From positions 4,320,001 to 4,352,000 of the forward strand of contig NZ_CP021983.2 in NCBI RefSeq assembly GCF_002075285.3: a stretch of DNA of 32,000 bases, read 5' to 3'. Source of the stretch: Halomicronema hongdechloris C2206 (GTDB lineage Bacteria; Cyanobacteriota; Cyanobacteriia; Phormidesmidales; Phormidesmidaceae). Made by a program: the position numbers and the translations under genes. The first letter of the stretch is position 1. Each line of letters opens with the position of its first letter. The notes under the pieces were generated by a model. That model saw only the letters and a program-made list of their open reading frames with translations, searched no databases and was not told where the DNA came from. Positions 8,033 to 17,112 of this stretch are shown one piece after another.

Positions 8033-10795
8033 CTAGTCTTGCCGTTCCACTAGTACTAGGTTTTCGGTTACTTTTTCGAAGGTATCGTCATGGCTAATCA
8101 CGAAGAGCTGGCGGAAGGATTTGATGCGAGCGATGGCTTCCGCCAAGCTTTCTCGTCGAGCTCGATCCATATTGGTGGTGGGTTCATCAAAGAAAGCCAC
8201 ATCAATATCGGCTAAGACTTTGAGCAGGGCTAGGCGTACGGCCAGGGCAGCACACATCTGTTCGCCACCGGACAAATTTAAGAAACGACGGCGATGGGGC
8301 CCCTCTTGGACCTGAATCTCGTAATCTCGGGTCCAATCGAGGGCAATGTTGGGTCGGTTCAACAAGTCTCGCAAGAGTCGATCGGCTTCCCGGGTAATCT
8401 GCTGGACATAACGCTCAGTAATGCGTGGCCCGGCCTCTTTGTAGGTTCGACGGGCGACATTGATAAAGCGACGAATGCGATCGCATCGCTTCCGATCAGC
8501 CAGGGTGCGATCGCGGCGGGCCGCCACCTGCTTCAGGTCAGCAAGCTGCTGCTCCAACTCCTGTAGACGCTGCCGTTGCTGAGGCAGACTGCCGCCGAGG
8601 CGATCGACCTGAGACTGCAGCTCTCGATGGCGCTGTTCGATCTGGGCCAACTGCTGTGGGTCAACCCGCTGCTGCTGAGTTTGCAGTTGCTGCTGCACCC
8701 GAGCTAACTGGCTCTGATCAGCCGTCAACTCCGCTTGGGCCTGCTGCAACTCCGCCGCTACCCGAGGCTGGCGTTGGGCCTCCTGCTGATGCTGTAGATA
8801 TTGATGATAGCCGGCCTGATGAGTCGCCTGAATCTGCCGCTGCTGTTCTATGGCATCGTCTAAATCAGCAAAGGCCTGTAATTGCCGCTCCAGGTCTTTG
8901 AGGGTTTGCTGTAACCGCGCCTGGGTCGCCTGCATCTGGTTGTACTGCCGCTGCACCTGAGGCCGCTGCTGTAAGGATCGCTGCAGCACTTGGCCTTGCC
9001 CCCTAGGATCTTGCAGGGCAGCCAGAGCCGCCGTCAGATCCGATTGCTGCTGGTTCAAGGGGGCAGTGGCAGCCAGGGTTTCTGCCAAAGTAGCCAGGGT
9101 AGTCTGGAGCTGGGCCTGGTCAGCCTGGAGCTGCTGCTGTTGTTGTTGTTTCTCAGGCAGTTGGGCCACCGCGGCCTGCTGTCGATAGCGTTGCTGTACC
9201 TGCTGCTCCAGAGCTGTCAATTGCTGAGTCAAGATGTCGGGGTCAGTCTGCCCTTGCAGATCCGCCAGAATCTCCTGCAGGGCCTGCAGCATGTCCTGAT
9301 TCAAGGCCAACCCCGTCTCCAAGGCTTGCTCTAGGGAAGTCACTGCCTCTTGGGTCAGCAACGGTAGACTCTGCTGCAGTGAGGCCATCAGGGTCAAGAC
9401 GGCCTCCACCTGCTGCCGATAGTCCTGGTGACGGGTCTGATGGCGATCGACTAACTGCCGCAGATCGGCCTCAAATTGCTGGGCTGCCTCGAGACGGCTC
9501 AGGTGTTGGCGGATGCGATCGCATCGCTGCACCAACTCTGGCAAATCCTGCAACTGTGCCTGTTGAGTCTGCAGGGCATCTATCTGCTGCTGCACCTGAG
9601 TCAGGCGGCTCTCCAGGGTCGTCAATTGTCGCTGGGCCGCCTGGTGTTCCAAACGAGCTTGCTGCAGCTGTTGCAACTGCTGATTGACCTGGTTCAGCTG
9701 CGTCTCCACAGTTTGCTGCTGCTCAATGGCAGGCTGTAGTTGCTGCAACTCCGCCTCAGTCCGAGAAAAAGACTCCAGCTGCAGCTCTAACCGCGTCACC
9801 TCCGCCTGGTGCTGAGTCACCTGCCCTTGACACTGCCGATGCTGGCTGTCCAACCGTTGTCGAGCCTGATAGCGCTGATTCAGCTCGCCTAAAGTTGCCT
9901 CAGCTCCCTGGTAGGCCTCATAGGCCGACCGCTGAGTCTCACAGATCGCCACTGCCCGATTGGCCTGCTCCAGGCCCTGTTGCAATAGCTCCAAGGACCG
10001 TTCCCGTCCAGTCATTTCTGAGGTCAGAGTCTGGGCCTGGGTCTGCAATGCCTGCAACGCATCAACCTCCGCCTGGAGTTGTTGCCGTTGTGTCTGCAAC
10101 GCCGTCAAATCAGTCGTCAGCTGCTGCAGCCTAGCCTCATCGGCCTGAAGTTGGGCTTGGGCCTGGTGATGGCGCCGCTGCCACTCCGGCCAAGCCTGCA
10201 ACTGTTCCTCGTACTGGGCTAGATCCCGCTCTAGGGCTTGCACCTGGGCTTCGGCATAGCGCCGCAGGCCATTCAGCTGCTTGTATACAGCCTGATACTC
10301 ATCTACCTTGAGAATCTTGTCGAAGACCCCCTTGCGCTCCGCCGTCGGCAACAGGAAATCGGCCGTAAAGGTGCCCTGGGGCACGCCAATGGTGCGGGCA
10401 AACAACTGGGCTAGATCGGTTCCCGCTGGTACCCCCAAATGCTGCCGCAGCCACGGCATGACCTCATCTTTAATGCGGCTGTAGGGCAGCCGTTCCTGCA
10501 ATTGCGGATCATAGAGGGTATAGCCCCGGCTGGTGCAGCGCTGCACCTCGTAGGTGCGGCCATCCAGGGCCGAGACCAAGCACACCCGGGCCTGGGCACT
10601 GCTGCTGCCATTGCGAATCAAATCCTCCTTGGCATAGTCTCCCTGGTAATTAAAGAGCACCCAGGCAATGGCTTCTAGAATGCTGGTCTTACCGGCCCCA
10701 TTCTGGCCGCAAATGGCGTTGGTACCCGGCTGAAACTCGACGTGACGATCCCGGTGGGTTTTGAAATTGGTCAGGGTGACAGAGAGAATTTCCAT
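8033..10795 (-). CDS. SbcC/Rad50-like SMC-family ABC ATPase with a very Gln-rich coiled coil and no CxxC zinc hook
   Basis: Walker A GQNGAGKTS at the N-terminus. The C-terminus has signature LSGGEQ, Walker B VAFFDEPT and ISHD. About 650 aa of Q/L/A-rich heptad sequence lie between them. ATG at 10795 gives MEILSVTL...; the track start 10804 is a TTG. Confidence 0.85.
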   Translation of the reverse strand: MEILSVTLTNFKTHRDRHVEFQPGTNAICGQNGAGKTSILEAIAWVLFNYQGDYAKEDLIRNGSSSAQARVCLVSALDGRTYEVQRCTSRGYTLYDPQLQERLPYSRIKDEVMPWLRQHLGVPAGTDLAQLFARTIGVPQGTFTADFLLPTAERKGVFDKILKVDEYQAVYKQLNGLRRYAEAQVQALERDLAQYEEQLQAWPEWQRRHHQAQAQLQADEARLQQLTTDLTALQTQRQQLQAEVDALQALQTQAQTLTSEMTGRERSLELLQQGLEQANRAVAICETQRSAYEAYQGAEATLGELNQRYQARQRLDSQHRQCQGQVTQHQAEVTRLELQLESFSRTEAELQQLQPAIEQQQTVETQLNQVNQQLQQLQQARLEHQAAQRQLTTLESRLTQVQQQIDALQTQQAQLQDLPELVQRCDRIRQHLSRLEAAQQFEADLRQLVDRHQTRHQDYRQQVEAVLTLMASLQQSLPLLTQEAVTSLEQALETGLALNQDMLQALQEILADLQGQTDPDILTQQLTALEQQVQQRYRQQAAVAQLPEKQQQQQQLQADQAQLQTTLATLAETLAATAPLNQQQSDLTAALAALQDPRGQGQVLQRSLQQRPQVQRQYNQMQATQARLQQTLKDLERQLQAFADLDDAIEQQRQIQATHQAGYHQYLQHQQEAQRQPRVAAELQQAQAELTADQSQLARVQQQLQTQQQRVDPQQLAQIEQRHRELQSQVDRLGGSLPQQRQRLQELEQQLADLKQVAARRDRTLADRKRCDRIRRFINVARRTYKEAGPRITERYVQQITREADRLLRDLLNRPNIALDWTRDYEIQVQEGPHRRRFLNLSGGEQMCAALAVRLALLKVLADIDVAFFDEPTTNMDRARRESLAEAIARIKSFRQLFVISHDDTFEKVTENLVLVERQD

Positions 10796-10931
10796 AGGGG
10801 ACAATTAACCAAGGGGAATTCCCTCCTCAGGATACTGATTTCCTGGCTCTCCGTCCTCTGTCCTGCCTGGGCCCCCACCTCTACAAAGCAGTGCTTTCTC
10901 CTGGCCAGATAGGATGGCTCAGCTCCTCTGT

Positions 10932-10953
10932 TTATAGGCTTCTTATAGGCTTC
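10932..10953. repeat. perfect tandem duplication of the 11-mer TTATAGGCTTC
   Basis: Read directly in the 196-bp spacer between the STAND gene stop (11001) and the SbcC-like gene. Confidence 0.9.
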
Positions 10954-11000
10954 ACAGGCCCGTTTCCCTTCCCCTCGGCAACCCGCGGCGCTCGGGCCAT

Positions 11001-13532
11001 CTATGATCGGCTCTGCAGCAGCAACAGCAGGCTGCGGCGCTGCAAGTCTGTCTGGGCCATCACAATCGCCCGACTCAAACTGCGGCCAGTCAAGCTACCG
11101 GCTGAGGATTCGGCAGCCAGAGCCGTATCTGCCTGGGAAAACAGCCCTGGGATCCAGGAAGTTGCCCCATCTTCTCGGGGGGTCAGCGATAGGGATAATC
11201 CCCCCACTACAGCCAGGGGAAGCATCGTCGCCACCAGGGCCGTCCGCACCCGTTGGTAACGGCCGCTGCGACGGCTGTGACGAACATAGTCTTGGGCTAG
11301 GGTCGACAGCCAGGTGCGATCGCACTGGAGCAGTTGCTCCGCCTGCTGCAGCCGCGCCCTAGTCAGTAAATATTCTGGATGGTGGGTGTACCCCGCCTGG
11401 CGCCATTCCTGGGCCGCCGCGTCCAGCCGCCGCTTCTGGCGCAAGATGTCACGATTGTCCTGCAACCAGCCCTGTAGCAAGGGCCAGTGGCGAATCAACG
11501 ACTCGTGAACGATTTCTAAGGTTTGATCGAGCTGCAGGGGGGTCTCCATGGCCTGGTCAGCCCAGAGATGCCCTAAGGTCAAGCCAGCATTGTTCTGGCT
11601 CCGCCAAGCAATTTGCGGTAGATGCACCCCAGGGGACGGATGCTGGCGCTGCCGAGCACCGGCATGGTTTACTACCACTAGTCGGGCCGCTACCAGCTTT
11701 TCCAGCGTTCGCCCGATTAAGTCGGTGGAGAAATCTGCGTTGATCAGCTCTTCTGTAAGGGCACGGCGGCGGGTATCGTCTCCCCCTTCCCCCAGTTCAC
11801 ACAGGGCCAGAAAGATCCGTTGGGCCGCTTGCTGTTCCTGGACCGGCAGGTCTTCATAGATAGTCGTCGCGTAGTGAGTCAAGACATGGCGAATGCCACC
11901 GAGTTCGGCGTAGGCTTCTAGGGTGAGCCTCGGCGCCTCGTCATCGGGATCAATCTGACGGGCCTTCCAGAGACTGCGTAGGGTCTGCTGCAGGAGAGGT
12001 AGCTCTCCCGGTGCCCCTACGACATCTAGCAGCAGGCTGTAAATCAGATTCTTGTCATAGGTCAGCCCTACCTTCTCAGCCGGTTTCGTGATCGCCAGCT
12101 TCATCTGCTCGTAGTCCAACGGGGCGACAGCCAGGGTGTGGCGTCGCACCAGTTGCCTAAAGTCTGGGTAGTCGTTGAAATGTCCTAGGGCATCGGCACG
12201 CAGGGAAATCACGATCCGCAGGGGCGCCTCACTGGCTTGGCTGGCGCTTACCAACTGTTGGATGAATAAGTCCCGACAATGACGGATATCTTCGGTGTCA
12301 GGGCCCTGAAAAATTTGCTCCAGGTCGTCGATAATCAGCAACATCCGTCGATCGGGCCGTCGAGAGCCAGCCAAGCAGGCCCGTATCAGCTGGGTCAGTC
12401 CATCCTGGCCATTACAGAGAAACCGCTCGGCTTGCCGCAGTTGCTCTGCCCGCTCCAGCCCATCTGCCATGGGGTTGATAAATGCCTCGGCTAGGCAGCG
12501 CAGGGGCTCGTGATCGACGCTGACATATTGAATCTTCCAGTCAGTCCGCTCGGGGCGTTGACGCAGTTGATAGATCAGGCCGGCCCGCAGCAGGGAGGTT
12601 TTCCCACTACCCGAGGCTCCCACCACGGCACAGAAGGGCTGTTGGTATACCTTGTCGATCAACTGCTGGGTTAAGTCTTCCCGGCCGAAGAAATAGTCGC
12701 CATGGATATCGTCAAAGGGTTCCATGCCGCGATAGGGACAGAAGGCAAACCGTAATTGGCGCAGTCTTTCTAGGGCCGAGGTGGGCTTGCCTTGCACAAT
12801 CGTGGTGTCTCCAGAGGCGCGAGTCAAGACGATTTCGCTGCCGGAGCTTTCGAAGAGGGGCTGTTGCAGTTCGCCTTTGAGCCGCTGACTAACCCGCTCA
12901 GCCAGATGATAGTTGCTGACAATGCCCCCATCCGTGCGGTTGGGGTTGAGCCCGGCCACCAAAGCAGCCGTGAAGACACTGTGGGCATTGTCTAAGGCTT
13001 CGTAGGCGGCTTCGTACTCCCGGGAGGCCGCCATAAATAGGCGGTCGGTGCCATCTTGGGCCCCTGGGTCAGCCTCTAGAAAGCTCATAAATTCGCCGCT
13101 GTGGCAACAGTCTAAAATCACGACCCGTTGCCGTACCGGACTCTCTTGCAGCAGTCGCCGCAGCCAGAATAGCGAGATGCCGTAGCGCCCTTGGGCCGGG
13201 TTGGTATCGCTGGTGGCTAAATAGCCCTCCCGCACCCCAGCATGGCGCTGTAAGCCATGGCCCGAGTAGTAAAACACGGCTGTGTGGGGAATGTTTTTAC
13301 CGTTGGGCTTGAAGAGGTGTACCAAGGCCGCTTCTAGCTCCTCGGTGGTCACACCGGTCTGGAGACCCACCGAGGGCTTACCCGCGTGAATCACTTCGGG
13401 CAGTCGCCGGACTCGAAACTCTCCGTAGATTTGCAAGCAACTGGCCACGGCTTCAGCGTCTTTCGCTGGCGCACTCAATGATGGCAAGGCTTGGTAACTA
13501 TTGATTCCTACAATCAGTGCATCCCGTGACAT
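11001..13532 (-). CDS. caspase-like (peptidase C14, orthocaspase) domain fused to a STAND/NACHT-like P-loop NTPase, with a C-terminal TM helix and a short tail
   Basis: Caspase dyad context YYSGHG and LDCCHSG in the first ~170 aa. Then FCPYRGMEPF...FFGRE, Walker A GASGSGKTS and Walker B LLIIDDLEQ, followed by a helical region, a hydrophobic helix ALVATMLPLAVVGGLSLSL and 60 more residues. ATG at 13532 follows AAGGGG; the track start 13541 is a GTG. Confidence 0.85.
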   Translation of the reverse strand: MSRDALIVGINSYQALPSLSAPAKDAEAVASCLQIYGEFRVRRLPEVIHAGKPSVGLQTGVTTEELEAALVHLFKPNGKNIPHTAVFYYSGHGLQRHAGVREGYLATSDTNPAQGRYGISLFWLRRLLQESPVRQRVVILDCCHSGEFMSFLEADPGAQDGTDRLFMAASREYEAAYEALDNAHSVFTAALVAGLNPNRTDGGIVSNYHLAERVSQRLKGELQQPLFESSGSEIVLTRASGDTTIVQGKPTSALERLRQLRFAFCPYRGMEPFDDIHGDYFFGREDLTQQLIDKVYQQPFCAVVGASGSGKTSLLRAGLIYQLRQRPERTDWKIQYVSVDHEPLRCLAEAFINPMADGLERAEQLRQAERFLCNGQDGLTQLIRACLAGSRRPDRRMLLIIDDLEQIFQGPDTEDIRHCRDLFIQQLVSASQASEAPLRIVISLRADALGHFNDYPDFRQLVRRHTLAVAPLDYEQMKLAITKPAEKVGLTYDKNLIYSLLLDVVGAPGELPLLQQTLRSLWKARQIDPDDEAPRLTLEAYAELGGIRHVLTHYATTIYEDLPVQEQQAAQRIFLALCELGEGGDDTRRRALTEELINADFSTDLIGRTLEKLVAARLVVVNHAGARQRQHPSPGVHLPQIAWRSQNNAGLTLGHLWADQAMETPLQLDQTLEIVHESLIRHWPLLQGWLQDNRDILRQKRRLDAAAQEWRQAGYTHHPEYLLTRARLQQAEQLLQCDRTWLSTLAQDYVRHSRRSGRYQRVRTALVATMLPLAVVGGLSLSLTPREDGATSWIPGLFSQADTALAAESSAGSLTGRSLSRAIVMAQTDLQRRSLLLLLQSRS

Positions 13533-14139
13533 AATTCGCACCCCTTACAAGCGTCTAACCTTAATAAATAAAGTGAAGACTTTTAATGATGGCCACAGAA
13601 ATCACCATGTGCAAAAGCGATTTTCGGGCCAAAACAACAAAGCATTTTCGGGCAAGGAATTCTATTTCCTATGGCTCATAACTACTTGAGACCAAACCTT
13701 TTTATCTTGAGTGATTGCAGTCACATTGAAGATTGATTTAGGTCACAGTCCCATTTGAGTTGCCATAAACAATCCCTTCATCCCTGTGATATCAAGATAT
13801 CTGGGTTTTCATAAAAAACTTAAGAGGGGTAAGACCCTACATGTTTTGTCGATAGATTCGGGGAAAATACAATTTCTTTATCTCACCTTTAAATCTACCT
13901 CAGGAGAAACACGGATACGTTCGTAGAGCGATCAGCAAAAACCCTTAGTAAGCCCTTTTACAGGATTGATAATGCCAAGTAAGACAACCGCAATTAGACT
14001 TAATTTTGTCAACTCAAACCTTGATCATAAATCTTGCTTCAAGTCGGAAAATCAGTTGTTTTTGTTTGCTGGTTGTGTGAATAGACGCTGGGATACCTGA
14101 ACAACCAGCGAATTTGTGCCTATCTGTGCCGATGCGATC

Positions 14140-14164
14140 GCATCTCCATAGCATCTCCATAGCA
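14140..14164. repeat. 11-bp tandem repeat GCATCTCCATA, about 2.3 copies, abutting a HIP1 site
   Basis: Read directly, 60-85 bp upstream of the likely hydrolase start at 14225. Confidence 0.85.
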
Positions 14165-14224
14165 ATCACTGACAGCTTTGGGAATACCGTGGATTACCCT
14201 CTAAATAGATACCGAGGGCACATC

Positions 14225-15148
14225 ATGTTCGTTCCCCCTGACTTTGACGTCCGCTCTGTCGTTACTCCCTTGGGTACCATGGCGGCCGTGGTGCCTGGCC
14301 CAGAGGTGGTGCAGGCCGCCGATGATAGGCCATTGCTGGTATTTCTCCACGGCTTTGGTGGTGGCTCATCTCAATATGAGTGGTCACTGGTGTATCCAGC
14401 CTTCACCGCAGCGTATCGAGTGATTGCCGCCGATCTGCTGGGCTGGGGCGCCTCGGATCATCCCGCCCGTAATTACACCCTAGAGGACTATTTACAGTCC
14501 ATTCGGGCATTCCTAGCCCAGGTAGCCGATGGCCGCCCCGTGACGGTAGTGGCTTCGTCGCTGACGGCAGCGATGATCGCACGGCTGGCCAAGACGCATC
14601 CTGAGCAGTTTCAAGCCTTGATTTTGGTAGCGCCTGCTGGTCTATCGGACTTTGGAGAAGACTACGGAAATAGCCTGATTGCGCAACTGGTGAGAATTCC
14701 GGTGCTCGATCGGGTGCTCTATGCCAGTGCCATTGCCACCGAAGTCGGGATTAGCAATTTCCTAGAACAACGGCAATTTGCCAATCCCAGCCGGGTGACC
14801 CCAGAAATGGTCAAGGCTTATCTAAAGTCAGCAACTCAGCCTAATGCTGAGTATGCAGCCTTGGCCTTTGTGCGCGGCAACCTGTGCTTCGACGTGGCTA
14901 AGGATGTGGCGACCTTGACGGTGCCGACGGTCTTGCTGTGGGGTGAGCAGGCTCAATTGACGCCAGTGGAGCTAGGCCGTCGCCTAGCCGCGCTCAATCC
15001 TGAGGCCATTCAGGCATTGGAGGTGATCTCGGCTGTCGGCCTCACCCCCCAGTTAGAACAGCCAGGGGTGACCATCGGGTTGTTGTATAAGTGGTTGCCT
15101 CGATTGCATGCTGCAGGTAGCAAAGATACCCACACAACTACTGCTTAA
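14225..15148 (+). CDS. alpha/beta-fold hydrolase
   Basis: LVFLHGFGGGSS (oxyanion-hole HG region), a nucleophile-elbow-like VVASSLTAAM, and a typical length of about 307 aa. The track ORF begins at 14114, but that leader runs through HIP1 and tandem-repeat sequence, so ATG 14225 (MFVPPDF) is preferred. Confidence 0.8.
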   Translation: MFVPPDFDVRSVVTPLGTMAAVVPGPEVVQAADDRPLLVFLHGFGGGSSQYEWSLVYPAFTAAYRVIAADLLGWGASDHPARNYTLEDYLQSIRAFLAQVADGRPVTVVASSLTAAMIARLAKTHPEQFQALILVAPAGLSDFGEDYGNSLIAQLVRIPVLDRVLYASAIATEVGISNFLEQRQFANPSRVTPEMVKAYLKSATQPNAEYAALAFVRGNLCFDVAKDVATLTVPTVLLWGEQAQLTPVELGRRLAALNPEAIQALEVISAVGLTPQLEQPGVTIGLLYKWLPRLHAAGSKDTHTTTA

Positions 15149-15301
15149 CTGTCAGGAGGCAGTTAAGCAAGGACCAGAATATGCAGCTGGGGTTCAAAAG
15201 CCTGGTATAGCGTCGCAGAGCTTTGGGCCACGGGAGTTGCGCTGACGGGTAACGCTAATGCCCACCCAGAGGATAAACCATTTTACCTATGAGGCCACCA
15301 T

Positions 15302-15508
15302 CTAGGCGAAGAGAAGAATCACGACCAAGAAGCCGAGAGTTCCAACTAAAAAAGCCGGTGTATCGTTGGACTGCTGAGGTTTAGATGGCGGATTCAGATC
15401 TCGCTTGAAGTCGCAGCTAAGGCATTGGTAGGTGCCATCTTTAGGGCTAACAATGCTGCGTTTTCCACACTTGGGGCATTCGGTGACTGGGGCGGTAGAG
15501 ACGATCAT
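15302..15508 (-). CDS. small zinc-ribbon protein with C-terminal TM helix
   Basis: CPKCGK...x14...CLSCDF four-Cys ribbon and a hydrophobic tail AFLVGTLGFLVVILLFA. ATG at 15508 is preceded by AGGA; the longer track ORF starts at 15562. Confidence 0.5.
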   Translation of the reverse strand: MIVSTAPVTECPKCGKRSIVSPKDGTYQCLSCDFKRDLNPPSKPQQSNDTPAFLVGTLGFLVVILLFA

Positions 15509-15701
15509 GGTCCTGAGGAGAATAGGGGGCAATGGGGCTGGGACGCCTGTAGAACACTTCATCGTCCCGCTGATGCTTTCCAGAATGCTTATGGTTTCTC
15601 AATCTGTCGATGGAGAAAACCTCGGGAAAATTCAGGGGCTTGTTCAGCATTGCCAATGCCCTTGCCCTCTATCCTGGGTGTGTTTCTGGCAGCAGCTCTG
15701 A

Positions 15702-15962
15702 TTACTCGCCGCCGCTGGCAGTCTTCGTCCCAGAATCTTGCGTCAATGCCAGGGATATTGCTGCTTTGAGCTGTTGTGCCAAGATGCGTACACTAGGCTC
15801 GGTGAGCATGCCCGCATGGGTGCCCGGAATCTTTCGCACCTCAATGCCATCCTTAGCCATGCCGCTCCAACCGTAGTAGGGATCTCGGTAGGCCTGAATC
15901 CGTTTGATACTAGCTAAAAAGAGAGTTAATCGTCCAGGATAGGGAACCGGATTGTAGGCTTC
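15702..15962 (-). pseudogene. detached 3' fragment (last 86 codons + stop) of the NRPS thioesterase domain, separated from its gene by the IS630 element
   Basis: Minus-strand reading gives EAYNPVPYPGRLTLFLAS...GWSGMAKDGIEVRKIPGTHAGMLTEPSVRILAQQLKAAI...*, the C-terminal catalytic-His region of type I thioesterases. It has no start codon and joins 17113 in frame once the IS is removed. Confidence 0.8.
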
Positions 15963-15964
15963 TA

Positions 15965-17112
15965 TAGCAACCCTAAATGAGTTTAGAATGGGTAGTATAT
16001 AAATATCATCAAGCTGTCAATACAGTTGTACTCATGAATAGTTTTCAATTAGAACACCAACAAAAAGTAGATAATCGTGCTATTCTATCAGACTTTATAA
16101 GTAGTAATCCTGATTCAAGAGAGCTTAAGCGAGCATTGGCTGTAAAAATGGCATTGGAGGGTGAGCCATATTTTAAGATTACCAAATTTCTGGGAATAAA
16201 CAAGTCTTTTATTACATATTGGAAGAACAGATTCGAAGCACAAGGCATTGAAGGTATTAAACTCGGCTACCAAGGATCAAAAAGTTACCTAACCCCAGAT
16301 GATCGTACAGAAATTATCTCGTGGCTGAGAACCAGAAACTACTGGAACTTTGATGAATTAGTTTCATATTTAGATGAACATTATGATGTGATTTACAAGT
16401 CTAAGCAAAGCTACTATACACTTTTTTCGGAAGCAGGTATTAGTTGGAAGAAATCTCAAAAAACCAACCCGAAATCTGATCCAGCTCTAGTCAAAAAAAA
16501 AGAGAAGAAATCCAAGGATTTATCCGTCAAAACCAGTTCAAAATTTGAGTCTGGGGAATTGATTGTACTTTTTTTGGATGAGTGTCATCTCCTTTGGGGT
16601 GATGTTTGTGGATATGTCTGGGGCAAGACAGATATGCGAATCGAAATCCCTATTACAAACGAGAGAATCAGGCAAACATATTATGGCGCATTAAACTATC
16701 AAACAAAAGAATTTATTTTGCATCCTTACGAGAAAGGGAATGGAGAGAATACAGTTGCTTTTATGAAGTACTTGCAGGAACAAAATCCTGGGAAGCAAAT
16801 CGCATTAATTTGGGATGGCGCTAGTTATCATAAGTCACAAGAGATCAAAGATTTTTTAGCTACAGTCAATCATGGGAAGGAAGAGACAGAATGGCAATTC
16901 AAATGTATTCTATTTGCACCCAATTCACCAGAACAAAATCCAGTGGAAGATGTTTGGTTACAAGCCAAAAATTCATTGAGAAGATTTTGGAGGTTGTGTC
17001 GTTCTTTCCCCGCTGTAAAGTATCTGTTTGAGTTCTTTATAGATCATCAAAAGTTCGATTTTTCTAAAATAGAAGAATATTCACCTTGTTCATAAATCAA
17101 CTGGGATTGCTA
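15965..17112 (+). mobile_element. IS630-family insertion sequence (about 1.15 kb) with TA target-site duplication
   Basis: Terminal inverted repeats are TAGCAACCC... on the left and ...GGGATTGCTA on the right. TA sits at 15963-15964 and again at 17113-17114. There is a single DDE transposase ORF, and the element is clearly more AT-rich than its flanks. Confidence 0.85.
15977..17095 (+). CDS. IS630-family (Tc1/mariner-like DDE) transposase
   Basis: N-terminal HTH region, then LFLDECHL ... IWDGASYHKS ... PNSPEQNPVEDVW, the DD..E triad context of IS630 transposases. The real start may be the internal Met at 16034. Confidence 0.85.
   Translation: MSLEWVVYKYHQAVNTVVLMNSFQLEHQQKVDNRAILSDFISSNPDSRELKRALAVKMALEGEPYFKITKFLGINKSFITYWKNRFEAQGIEGIKLGYQGSKSYLTPDDRTEIISWLRTRNYWNFDELVSYLDEHYDVIYKSKQSYYTLFSEAGISWKKSQKTNPKSDPALVKKKEKKSKDLSVKTSSKFESGELIVLFLDECHLLWGDVCGYVWGKTDMRIEIPITNERIRQTYYGALNYQTKEFILHPYEKGNGENTVAFMKYLQEQNPGKQIALIWDGASYHKSQEIKDFLATVNHGKEETEWQFKCILFAPNSPEQNPVEDVWLQAKNSLRRFWRLCRSFPAVKYLFEFFIDHQKFDFSKIEEYSPCS

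Noticed and set aside
8444-8450. GGTTCGA, a tRNA T-arm-like heptamer. I scanned the window for tRNA genes.
   Set aside because: It lies inside the SbcC-like CDS with no acceptor or anticodon stem context. No other GGTTCGA or GGTTCAA-type site with cloverleaf potential was seen in the intergenic regions.
8121-10678. About a dozen plus-strand ORFs of 60-115 aa, plus one minus-strand alternate-frame ORF, inside the SbcC-like gene.
   Set aside because: They are artefacts of the CAG/CTG-rich coiled-coil coding sequence. Their translations are low complexity (L/Q/P/A/G) and all are nested in a gene with strong ATPase motifs. The same reasoning applies to nested ORFs inside the glycosyltransferase, STAND, NRPS, adenylating-enzyme, AGE and queG genes.
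14114-14224. The upstream part of the hydrolase ORF (MCLSVPMRSHLHSISIAITD...).
   Set aside because: It runs through a HIP1 site and an 11-bp tandem repeat and shows no similarity to alpha/beta hydrolases. The internal ATG at 14225 gives a normal-length protein.
15610-15876. An 88-aa plus-strand ORF.
   Set aside because: It is the antisense shadow of the detached thioesterase 3' fragment (15702-15962, minus strand), whose translation carries clear family motifs.
16493-16501. An A9 run inside the IS630 transposase gene, considered as a possible programmed-frameshift site.
   Set aside because: The transposase reads through as a single uninterrupted 372-codon ORF containing both the HTH and DDE regions, so no frameshift is needed.
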